IMG/VR virus record: IMGVR_UViG_3300030372_001799
Coordinates: 1-28,179 of that record
Length of the DNA: 28,179 nucleotides
DNA from: a virus
Taxonomy: Duplodnaviria; Caudoviricetes
Strand: one strand, 5' to 3'
In this document: positions 8,343-16,421 of the stretch, one piece after another
Position numbering within the stretch: the first letter of the stretch is position 1
Layout: each line of letters begins with the position of its first letter
The notes under the pieces: model-generated
Told to the model about the DNA's origin: nothing
The model's input: only the letters and a program-made list of their open reading frames with translations
The model's database searches: none
Translations under genes and position numbers: made by a program

Positions 8343-9260
8343 CTAAAAAGTCCAGAGGTTTGCTCTTTTTTGTTTATAATGTGTTTTTAAATTCCACATT
8401 CCAGGAGCTTTGTTTAATTGTTTTACAATAACAATTCCTGATCCACCTGTGGCTCCACCAGAATGACCAACGCCTGATCCACCTCCGCCACCGCCTGTGT
8501 TGGCAGTTCCATTTGTACCAGCTCCACATTTAGCACCAGCACCACCTCCACCAGCACCGCCAGATCTATTTCCAGAGTTACCCATTCCTCCTCCACCACC
8601 AGCGTAAGTTACATCTGAACCTGTTATTGTTGAAGGAGCTCCAGCTCCACCAACACCTCCTATACCATTAGGCCCACAACCATCAGCACCAGCAGCACTA
8701 GCACCGCCACCACCGCCTGTATTATCCGCACCTCCACCAGCGTCAGGTTGACTATCTCCACCTGGATTTCCTTGAGAAGGACTTACAGGAGGAGTATTAC
8801 CTGAACCTCCACAATTACCAGCTAAAGAAGCACCTCCACCTGATCCACCATTAACTCCATCGGCTGCATCATTCCATGTTCCACCACCTCCTCCACCATT
8901 ACTAGTGACAGAGCATATAGTTGGTGCACCTGTTAAACTACTATTTGTACCTGTACCACCTGCACCACCAGCGTGATAACTACCTGAAGATGCTGCACCA
9001 CCACCGCCTACGACAGCAGTAAGAGTAATGCTTCCAGAAACAGGGACACTTGATCCACTTCTAAAACCTCCTGCGCCACCGCCGCCACCATAACCTCCGC
9101 CACCGCCACCGCCACCAGCAACTACTATGTAGTCAACAAGTCTAGTTCCTGATTCTAATGTTACGTTACCGTCTGCTGTAAAAGAAGTAACAGTGTCCCC
9201 ACCTGCAGATATTGAAGGTACAAGACTTGTTCCTATTAATCCGCCGTTAGTTCTGGCCAT
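8343..9260 (-). CDS. Glycine-rich virion protein (putative tail-tip/receptor-binding, single polyglycine domain)
   Basis: 305 aa. NGGLIG N-terminus, DYIVVAGGGGGG...GGGGAGG...TYAGGGGG...ANTGGGGGG...GGSGIVIV, and C-terminal APGMWNL. GGAG RBS. Confidence 0.7.
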   Translation of the reverse strand: MARTNGGLIGTSLVPSISAGGDTVTSFTADGNVTLESGTRLVDYIVVAGGGGGGGGYGGGGGAGGFRSGSSVPVSGSITLTAVVGGGGAASSGSYHAGGAGGTGTNSSLTGAPTICSVTSNGGGGGGTWNDAADGVNGGSGGGASLAGNCGGSGNTPPVSPSQGNPGGDSQPDAGGGADNTGGGGGASAAGADGCGPNGIGGVGGAGAPSTITGSDVTYAGGGGGMGNSGNRSGGAGGGGAGAKCGAGTNGTANTGGGGGGSGVGHSGGATGGSGIVIVKQLNKAPGMWNLKTHYKQKRANLWTF

Positions 9261-9269
9261 TTAAGTCTC

Positions 9270-9761
9270 CTATGCGGACACCCAAGCTGAACCATTCCAA
9301 TTGTAAACTGTTTTTGGATCTGAAGTGTCGTTTGATTTAGTGGCTTCCCAACCTTTAGTGTTGTCTGCCTGATATTTTGTTTCGTTCCATGAAATTAAAT
9401 AAACCCATGAAGGTGTTTCTTCACCATCATCAGTTACTGATGGATATGTTATTGGTGCTTGCCAATCGTCACTACCATCTAAAGACCAAGATTTATAAGG
9501 TTGTCGTGCTATAAATTTATTTTTAGATGAATCATATCTCATTCCAATACCTGCATATTGCTTTCTAAAATTATTATTATAAGAAGTTTGTTTCCATGTT
9601 CCACCTTTAAAAAAGTTTATACACCATGTTTCACCATCAACATGTTCGTCTGAAGGTACACAATCGTTTCCAACCACTACTACTCTTTTTACAACTAAAT
9701 GTGTATCAGATGTAAAACCTGTTGGATCGGTTTTTGATTCTAATTCTGCAAAATGTGCCAT
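9270..9761 (-). CDS. Conserved phage protein between the Gly-rich genes (putative tail-tip accessory/chaperone)
   Basis: 163 aa. MAHFAEL...V.RVVVV...WKQTSYNNNFRKQYAGIG..YD...FI..QPY.SW.L....W.AP..YP, Trp-rich C-terminus. AAGGAG RBS. Confidence 0.65.
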   Translation of the reverse strand: MAHFAELESKTDPTGFTSDTHLVVKRVVVVGNDCVPSDEHVDGETWCINFFKGGTWKQTSYNNNFRKQYAGIGMRYDSSKNKFIARQPYKSWSLDGSDDWQAPITYPSVTDDGEETPSWVYLISWNETKYQADNTKGWEATKSNDTSDPKTVYNWNGSAWVSA

Positions 9762-9784
9762 ATTGTTTTCTCCTTAAAAGTTAA

Positions 9785-9813
9785 TTTATATTATTTAAAG
9801 ACTATAAAGTCAA
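9785..9813 (-). promoter_or_regulatory. Sigma70-type promoter
   Basis: Minus strand reads TTGACT-N17-TATAAA (5/6 match in each box), upstream of the AAGGAG RBS of 9270-9761. Confidence 0.65.
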
Positions 9814-12483
9814 TGTCCCTGATCCTGTAAATTTAACCACTGTACAGCTTCCTGTAGTAGAAACACAGGAAACACATCCAGGTGCTGCTGCAAAACTTGC
9901 AGGTTTGCAAGCTGTTGCTATTCTTAATACTATAATTCCTGATCCACCTGCACCTCCAACATAAACAGGTCCACCTCTACTACCACCACCGCCGCCACCA
10001 CCAGTATTGGCTGTTCCTACAGAATCTGGAACATTAGCTGAAGGATAATCCACTCCATCTCCTCCACCACCAGATCCTCCACAACCTCCAGTTCCAGAAG
10101 CAGCTGTACCACCTCCTCCACCACCAGAGTAAGTTACAGATGAGCCTGTAATTGTATTTGCTAATCCTGCACCGCCATCTCCACCATTTTTTCCTCCTGG
10201 ATTACTATTTCCATCTCCACCTGCAGCATTAGCTCCACCACCTCCTCCGCCTGCAGTAGTAGGACTTCCACCACCATCTCCACCTTCATTACCTTGTTTT
10301 GCAGGTAAAACTGGAGAAGTAAATACTGCACACCCGCTTGCTCCAGAAGAACTAGATGTTCCTGATCCTCCACCACCAGAACCACCAGTTTTAGCGTTGT
10401 TAGTGTCTCTTCCACCACCTCCACCACCACCTACTGCATGTACATATCCAATTGATGAATTATTTCCATTATTACCTGGTTCACCACAAGTTGCTGGTGC
10501 TGATGCTCCACCAGCACCAATTGTAACTGTATTTGATCCTGGCATTAAAAATAATTTTGTTCCACCTGGAAAAGATGATCTGTATCCACCAGCTCCACCA
10601 CCTCCAGCATTGTTTGTTCCACCAGAACCACCTCCAGCTACCACTAAATAATCAAATGCTACACCACATCCTGTGTCTTTAATATTTAAATTAGTTGATG
10701 CTTTAAATTCTGCTATTGTATTTATTCCATCAGTTGATTTAACTGGAGCACACGCACTACATGTTGTAAAAAAAATTCCTGCCGTTGATGGTGCTCGTGC
10801 TACAACAATACCTGGACCACCTGCTCCTGATAATCTTGGGTGAGCATTTCCTCCAGCTCCACCTCCACCACCTCCAGTGTTATCTGTACCAGCAACTCCT
10901 GCATTAGAAGGATCATCTCCTCCTGCTCCTCCACCACCAGCTCCACCTGATCCTCCAGGATTATCAGCACTTCCACCACCACCACCGCCAGCATATGTTG
11001 TTGCTGAACCTAAAATATTATTTGGTGCTCCTGCACCTCCATTACCACCAGTTCCACCACTAGCATTTGCCCCGACAGCTGTAGCACCACCACCTCCACC
11101 GCCAGCTTCATCATTTGTTGGAAAAGGTGAACTTCTTACTGAACCAGTTCCACCATCATTTCCTTGAGCTGGACTTGTTGGAGGAGTATTACCAGAACCT
11201 CCAGGTCTAGCTGATCCACCAGCTGTAGCTTGGCCACCACCACCACCACCAGATCCTCCATCTTTACCAGCAGGAGTTTGGTCTTCTCCACCACCTCCAC
11301 CACCAGTTGATGTTATAGTATTTAAAACTGAATTTGAACCTGGGGTACCACCACAATCAGGTGAATTTTGACCAGTAGCTGCACCACCACCTCCAACTGT
11401 AACTGAATAACTTCCTAATCCTAAATTTAATGCTGATCCTCTTAATGGACTTGGTCCGAAACCTGATGCACGATAACCTCCTGCTCCTCCACCACCACCA
11501 CAAAATGCACCACCACCGCCACCACCAGCAACTACCATGTAATCTATTGATTCTGTTCTAGTTATCCAAGTAGAACATTTAACATTTGAAAAATGATCGT
11601 GAATATTCCACGAACCAGGTGCAATAGCTTTTAAACTTACTGCGTTTTGTTTTATTATTACAATTCCTGATCCGCCTAAAGTACCGCCACCACCGCCACC
11701 TCCGCCAGTGTTAGCTGTTCCATTTGCTCCTGTTGCTGGGCCATTACTTCCAGCACCTCCACCACCAGGTCCTGCTGCTCCTACTGTACCATAAGGTGAT
11801 GATGGTGAAAAAACTCCACCTCCTCCACCGCCAGCATATACTCCTGAATTAGGTGCTCCTGGAAAAGTTGGAGAAACATCAGTTCCTGGTCCACCATTTC
11901 CTCCGCAAGCTGTACCAGCTGTGTTAGATGTTTTTGTACCATTGGCTCCAGCTCCACCAGAACCTCCTCCGCCACCACCAGCGTAAGAATAACATTGATC
12001 AAATACTCCATTTCCACCAGCGTTTCCTTCTGATGGTGAATAACATCCTTCATTACCTGCTGCTCCAGAAGAATTGTTATGACAACCTCCTGCACCAGAT
12101 CCACCTGTTCTAGCAGTTCCACCAACTTGTGATCCTCCACCAGTAGCGGATTGACAAAATGCACTTGAATCTACTCCACAAGAACTTCCTGGTCCAGATC
12201 CACCGCCACCAACAACTACTTGGGATGGATTTCTTGATATTGCCGCAGGAACTGTAAGAGATAAATTTCTTAATCCACCAGCTCCTCCAGCTCCATTTCT
12301 TCCAGCGCAGCCACCACCGCCTCCACCAGCAACAATTAATACTTGAGCTGGTCTAGATTGACCATAATCATTATCTGTAAAAGTAAAATTACTGGTTGAT
12401 GTTACTACCGTTTGACTTGCTGAAACGCACTTAGCTGCTTTTACAGCATTACAAGGTCCAATTATACCGCCATTTCCAGCCAT
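9802..12483 (-). CDS. Large glycine-rich virion protein with three tandem polyglycine domains (putative receptor-binding protein)
   Basis: 893 aa. Three copies of (V/Y)(L/M)(I/V)VAGGG...YAGGGGG...NTGGGGGG...G(S/P)GI(V/I). Directly downstream of the tail fibre module. GGAGG RBS. Confidence 0.7.
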   Translation of the reverse strand: MAGNGGIIGPCNAVKAAKCVSASQTVVTSTSNFTFTDNDYGQSRPAQVLIVAGGGGGGCAGRNGAGGAGGLRNLSLTVPAAISRNPSQVVVGGGGSGPGSSCGVDSSAFCQSATGGGSQVGGTARTGGSGAGGCHNNSSGAAGNEGCYSPSEGNAGGNGVFDQCYSYAGGGGGGSGGAGANGTKTSNTAGTACGGNGGPGTDVSPTFPGAPNSGVYAGGGGGGVFSPSSPYGTVGAAGPGGGGAGSNGPATGANGTANTGGGGGGGGTLGGSGIVIIKQNAVSLKAIAPGSWNIHDHFSNVKCSTWITRTESIDYMVVAGGGGGGAFCGGGGGAGGYRASGFGPSPLRGSALNLGLGSYSVTVGGGGAATGQNSPDCGGTPGSNSVLNTITSTGGGGGGEDQTPAGKDGGSGGGGGGQATAGGSARPGGSGNTPPTSPAQGNDGGTGSVRSSPFPTNDEAGGGGGGATAVGANASGGTGGNGGAGAPNNILGSATTYAGGGGGGSADNPGGSGGAGGGGAGGDDPSNAGVAGTDNTGGGGGGAGGNAHPRLSGAGGPGIVVARAPSTAGIFFTTCSACAPVKSTDGINTIAEFKASTNLNIKDTGCGVAFDYLVVAGGGSGGTNNAGGGGAGGYRSSFPGGTKLFLMPGSNTVTIGAGGASAPATCGEPGNNGNNSSIGYVHAVGGGGGGGRDTNNAKTGGSGGGGSGTSSSSGASGCAVFTSPVLPAKQGNEGGDGGGSPTTAGGGGGGANAAGGDGNSNPGGKNGGDGGAGLANTITGSSVTYSGGGGGGTAASGTGGCGGSGGGGDGVDYPSANVPDSVGTANTGGGGGGGSRGGPVYVGGAGGSGIIVLRIATACKPASFAAAPGCVSCVSTTGSCTVVKFTGSGTLTL

Positions 12484-12495
12484 AAATTAAACCTC

Positions 12496-12855
12496 CTAAT
12501 CGTTCAACAACTCATAAGATACGAAATAAGTTAAATCATTTGCAGCACTAGCTGTAAAATATAACAAATCTGTTTCGTCTAAATAAATTGGATTTTCTAA
12601 AAAACTTAAAGTTGCATCTGCTGGAACAGAAATTGTATTTGCAATTTTAACAAAATTAGAACCATTATCCACACTAACTTCAATTGTTATGTCTGCAGCA
12701 TTTGTTCCATCAACGTTTGCAACAAGTATTGTATTTACTTTTGCTACTTTCTCAGCTGCAACGTCTATTGCAGTTGTTCTTGATGTACCATCTAATAAAG
12801 CAGTTGAATTAACTGCGTTGATTGTTGCTACGTTTACTATATTTGGTGTTGCCAT
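12496..12855 (-). CDS. Small tail-fibre-associated protein (paralogue of 2934-3275)
   Basis: 119 aa: MATPNIVNV...KVNTILVANVDG...IANTISVPADATL...PIYLDETD.L...ASAANDL...SYE. AAGGAG RBS. Confidence 0.7.
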   Translation of the reverse strand: MATPNIVNVATINAVNSTALLDGTSRTTAIDVAAEKVAKVNTILVANVDGTNAADITIEVSVDNGSNFVKIANTISVPADATLSFLENPIYLDETDLLYFTASAANDLTYFVSYELLND

Positions 12856-12867
12856 ATTATTCTCCTT

Positions 12868-15135
12868 TTATCCGAATACGATTGCCATTGCAATAGCTTT
12901 TCCTGTTGTTGCAGCGCTAGAATTTGCATCTACATATGTTATTAACCTTGAAGCAGCTACTTTTCTGTTAGTTCCACCTGCTCCATTATCTACTATAAAT
13001 AAATCAGCATCTACAATAGCTTCTCCAATATCTGTTGCTCCATCTATGTCTAATGCTGTTAAAGGAGCTGTTCCTGCGCTTATACTTGCACCAGAAAGTA
13101 CAGGTGTTTGTGAAAATGTCACAACACCATTTGATGCTATTGCTATTGCATCTGTATCTGAAGCTGATCCAATGTTTCCAGCATCTGGAATTACAACATT
13201 ACCACCTGTAGTAAGAACTCCTCCACCGGTTATTGTTCCTGCAAAAGTAACGTTTGCACCACTAAATGTAGCTGCTGTAGTTGTACCTGATTTAATTATT
13301 AAATTTCCACTTGTATTTGTAGCACTACCAAAAGTAGTTCCTCCATCTTTAAAAAATATATCTCCACCATCTGCATCTAAAGTAATATCTGTTGTTGCAT
13401 CAAGTGTAATAGTAGAACCTGAGTCTATTTCTGCGATTACAGGTGTAGTTAAAGTTTTGTTTGTTAATGTTTGTGTAGCTGCAATACCTGCAATTGTGTC
13501 AGTTGAGGCAGGTAAAGTTAAAGTTACGTTACCAGAAAAATCTGAGTGCGCAGGGGCTTGAATTTGTGCATAGTGAGCATTTGAAGACTCACAATAAAAT
13601 CTTACAACAGATTGTGACCCACCATTTTTAAGATCAATAACTCCTGTATCAATACCAACATTACCATCAATAACAACTTGACCAGATCCTTTTGGAGTTA
13701 ATTTAAGATCAATATTTGTATCTCCTCCAGTTGCTGATATTTCAGGAGCGTTTCCTGTAGCTGCATTTGTTATATCAAATTGATTAACTGCTGAACTGGT
13801 TGTTTGAAATATAATTTGTTCATTACCATTTTCATCATTAATACCATGAGCATCATCAAAAGCTATGTTAAAACTATTAGTATCTAAATTTGCACCTAAC
13901 TGTGGAGATGTATCATCTACAATATCGCTCATAGTACCAGATGCTAATCCTGAAACTAAAGCTGATCTTGTAATTTTTTTAAGACCACCACCAGAGGTAT
14001 CTACTGCCATTAATACATCATCAGCTGCAACAGTTGATATTGCAGATAAATCGCCAACAGCTATTGAATTAAAATTTGTACCATCTGCAATTAATAAATT
14101 ACCTGAAGTATTTGTACCCATAGTAATATCATCACCAGATACTGTAAGATCTCCTGATATAGTTAAATTACCACCAGATGATAAAGACATTTTTTCACTA
14201 GCTGCTTCTGAAGCACCTGTTTTAAAACTTAATTTTGTAGCATTTGAAGAAGAACTAAAGTCTCCTTCTGAAACAGCTTCAATACCAGCTGCAACTAAAA
14301 TTGCATCTGTTCCTGTACCTTCATCTGGTGCTTGAAAATCTATTTTACCAATTATATCATTTGCTGCAATATCTGTTTCACCAGTTTGTAAAGTGATTGA
14401 TACTGGTTTGTCATCACTAGTCGCTGTATGTTTTAAAGTTAATCCTGTATCAGCAACGTGTGTAAGTTTTATTTCTTGGTCATCACCAAAATTTATAACT
14501 GCACCATCTGCTAAAAATAAATCTGAAAATTCTAATGCTGAAGTACCAAGAGATATACCATCTGAAGACGAAGGAGCAATAGCACCAGTTGTTATTCTAG
14601 CTCTATCTGTTCCACCAACTTTAATATCTATTTGATCATCAGTATCTGCTGTAATAGTTGTATCACCATCAGCATCTAAAACTAATTCTCTTCCTTCTAT
14701 GTCAAGTGCTCCACCAAAACCTGCATCAACAAGATTTGTTCCATCTGAATAAACTAGTCTTGTAGTTTTTTCTGATACACCAAAAGTTATACCTGTTCCT
14801 GATGCTGTTTTAAATTGTACAGTGTATGCACCTGATGTGCCATTTGTTACAATGTAAACTTTTTCTACAGAATCTGGTACAGTTACTATAGAGTTTCCTG
14901 TTATTGTACCTGTTAATTTTATAACAGCATGCCTTGCAACTGATGTAGATTCTGTTGCATCTCCATCTGTAATACTTAATGCTGTTGTTCCACCACTAGT
15001 TACTGCTTGCTCTACATAACCAGAGATTGCTTTTTCTACAATTTGTAAATTAGTATTAGTTTTTGTTCCCCATGTACCGGCGTTTTCGCCAGTTGCCATT
15101 AGTTCTATACCGAGATCTGAATAACTTGATGCCAT
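12868..15135 (-). CDS. Tail fibre protein
   Basis: 755 aa, Thr/Ser/Gly/Asp-rich beta repeats. N-terminal anchor-like LGIELMATGENAGTWGTKTNTNL, TQTLTNKTLT motif, C-terminal TTGKAIAMAIVFG. Confidence 0.75.
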   Translation of the reverse strand: MASSYSDLGIELMATGENAGTWGTKTNTNLQIVEKAISGYVEQAVTSGGTTALSITDGDATESTSVARHAVIKLTGTITGNSIVTVPDSVEKVYIVTNGTSGAYTVQFKTASGTGITFGVSEKTTRLVYSDGTNLVDAGFGGALDIEGRELVLDADGDTTITADTDDQIDIKVGGTDRARITTGAIAPSSSDGISLGTSALEFSDLFLADGAVINFGDDQEIKLTHVADTGLTLKHTATSDDKPVSITLQTGETDIAANDIIGKIDFQAPDEGTGTDAILVAAGIEAVSEGDFSSSSNATKLSFKTGASEAASEKMSLSSGGNLTISGDLTVSGDDITMGTNTSGNLLIADGTNFNSIAVGDLSAISTVAADDVLMAVDTSGGGLKKITRSALVSGLASGTMSDIVDDTSPQLGANLDTNSFNIAFDDAHGINDENGNEQIIFQTTSSAVNQFDITNAATGNAPEISATGGDTNIDLKLTPKGSGQVVIDGNVGIDTGVIDLKNGGSQSVVRFYCESSNAHYAQIQAPAHSDFSGNVTLTLPASTDTIAGIAATQTLTNKTLTTPVIAEIDSGSTITLDATTDITLDADGGDIFFKDGGTTFGSATNTSGNLIIKSGTTTAATFSGANVTFAGTITGGGVLTTGGNVVIPDAGNIGSASDTDAIAIASNGVVTFSQTPVLSGASISAGTAPLTALDIDGATDIGEAIVDADLFIVDNGAGGTNRKVAASRLITYVDANSSAATTGKAIAMAIVFG

Positions 15136-15145
15136 AATTTAATCC

Positions 15146-15850
15146 TTAAGGTGTTGGTGAGTTAACTGGTATTCTGACTGTTCCATCTGTATAGTCATCT
15201 CTTCGTCTTCTACCTAACTGTTCTCCTCCAAATCTTTCTGCTTCTTGTTTATATTTTTGTTCGTAAAGTTGTAACATATCCATTGGTCCTTTTAAAAAAG
15301 CGTAAGCTTCTGCTAGACAACAATATAACAGACCATTTGAAAAATTCATACTAATATAATTAGTATCATTATTTTCTAATAATGCTGGAACTGCGTTGTA
15401 ATGAATTTTGTAAGCAAACGTTCCACTTGGTGTTGGTGATACAATTATAGATCCAGAGTTTGATGAGCTTTCTCCAGTTGCTCCTGTATCTAGCATTGCA
15501 TAGTATTTTGGTGTTCCAGTAGATGTAGTTGCTGAAATATATTCTTCTAAAAATGTTAAATCTCTTTTTTCTAAATATGTATTTGCACCAGTATAAGTAG
15601 ATCCAGTTGCAGTATAAACTTGGACTCCTCTAATAAACACAGCTCCTGCTGGCACAGTCACGGTGCCTGTTCCAGATGTAAAATTACCTGTAGATGTTTT
15701 TCTATCAGCATCAATTGGAACATCTCTAAAAATTCTATATTGTGCATTTAATATTATATTTTCTAATACACTATCCGATAACACAGTAGAGCTAACTTCT
15801 GTGTAGCTTCTTATTTGTGTTTTTAATCCTGATGCACTTAATCCTGCCAT
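15146..15850 (-). CDS. Head-tail adaptor / tail tubular protein A-like
   Basis: 234 aa. L..QIRSYTE...I.NAQ.RI.R, GTPKYYA...IIVSPTP...IHY, LLY.CL.EAY.FLKG....Y...Y. Confidence 0.6.
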   Translation of the reverse strand: MAGLSASGLKTQIRSYTEVSSTVLSDSVLENIILNAQYRIFRDVPIDADRKTSTGNFTSGTGTVTVPAGAVFIRGVQVYTATGSTYTGANTYLEKRDLTFLEEYISATTSTGTPKYYAMLDTGATGESSSNSGSIIVSPTPSGTFAYKIHYNAVPALLENNDTNYISMNFSNGLLYCCLAEAYAFLKGPMDMLQLYEQKYKQEAERFGGEQLGRRRRDDYTDGTVRIPVNSPTP

Positions 15851-15851
15851 A

Positions 15852-16421
15852 TTATGCTGTCAACGTTGCCGGACCAGCCGAACAATTGTTGCCTCCTCCT
15901 GATACTCCACCACTTGTAGCAGTGTTTGTGTCTACAGTAAAGTGATAGAAATCTGTTGTGTTTGTAATATTTCCGCTTGAATCTCTTTTACCAACCGTAA
16001 TAGAGTATCCAGCAGATTTTGCTAAATTAGCTCCTGTAATACCATCAAACCCTTTTGGATTTTCAAATCCATCTGGATCAGATGATGTGTGAATAGGTCC
16101 TCTAAATCTTACGGTGTCACTTGTAGATCTACCATGGGATTTTTCAAATACATTTATAATTCCTGATGACGCTGCAATTGTTTCAAAAGGATCAGGACTC
16201 AAGGGTCTTGCTACTTCACTTTCTTCTCTATCAGGTCTTGCATCTTTTAAACCTTGAGAATCACCTGACCTTGAATTTAATTCTAATTGTGGATGTTTCT
16301 CTTCGTATTCTGAAATATGCACAAAATGACCATTCCATTCTTTAACCATTTCTCTATATGGAAATTCCATTCCTGATCTGTCTGATATTGCTTTTGCGTA
16401 TTTTCCTCTTGCTTGTGCCAT
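15852..16421 (-). CDS. Virion-associated hypothetical protein (degenerate Zn-ribbon N-terminus plus beta domain)
   Basis: 189 aa. A.GKYAKAISDRSG..FPY..M..EWNG..VH..E.E.KHPQL. Coupled to both neighbours. Confidence 0.6.
   Translation of the reverse strand: MAQARGKYAKAISDRSGMEFPYREMVKEWNGHFVHISEYEEKHPQLELNSRSGDSQGLKDARPDREESEVARPLSPDPFETIAASSGIINVFEKSHGRSTSDTVRFRGPIHTSSDPDGFENPKGFDGITGANLAKSAGYSITVGKRDSSGNITNTTDFYHFTVDTNTATSGGVSGGGNNCSAGPATLTA

Noticed and set aside
8343-12483. CCACCACC/CCTCCACC repeats as a possible CRISPR array, microsatellite or DGR target
   Set aside because: Poly-Gly codons explain them. There is no constant repeat-spacer period, no reverse transcriptase and no adenine-specific TR/VR pair that I could see.
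9802-12483. PE-PGRS or collagen-like annotation for the Gly-rich proteins
   Set aside because: No PE domain and no sustained Gly-X-Y periodicity; the similarity would be compositional only.
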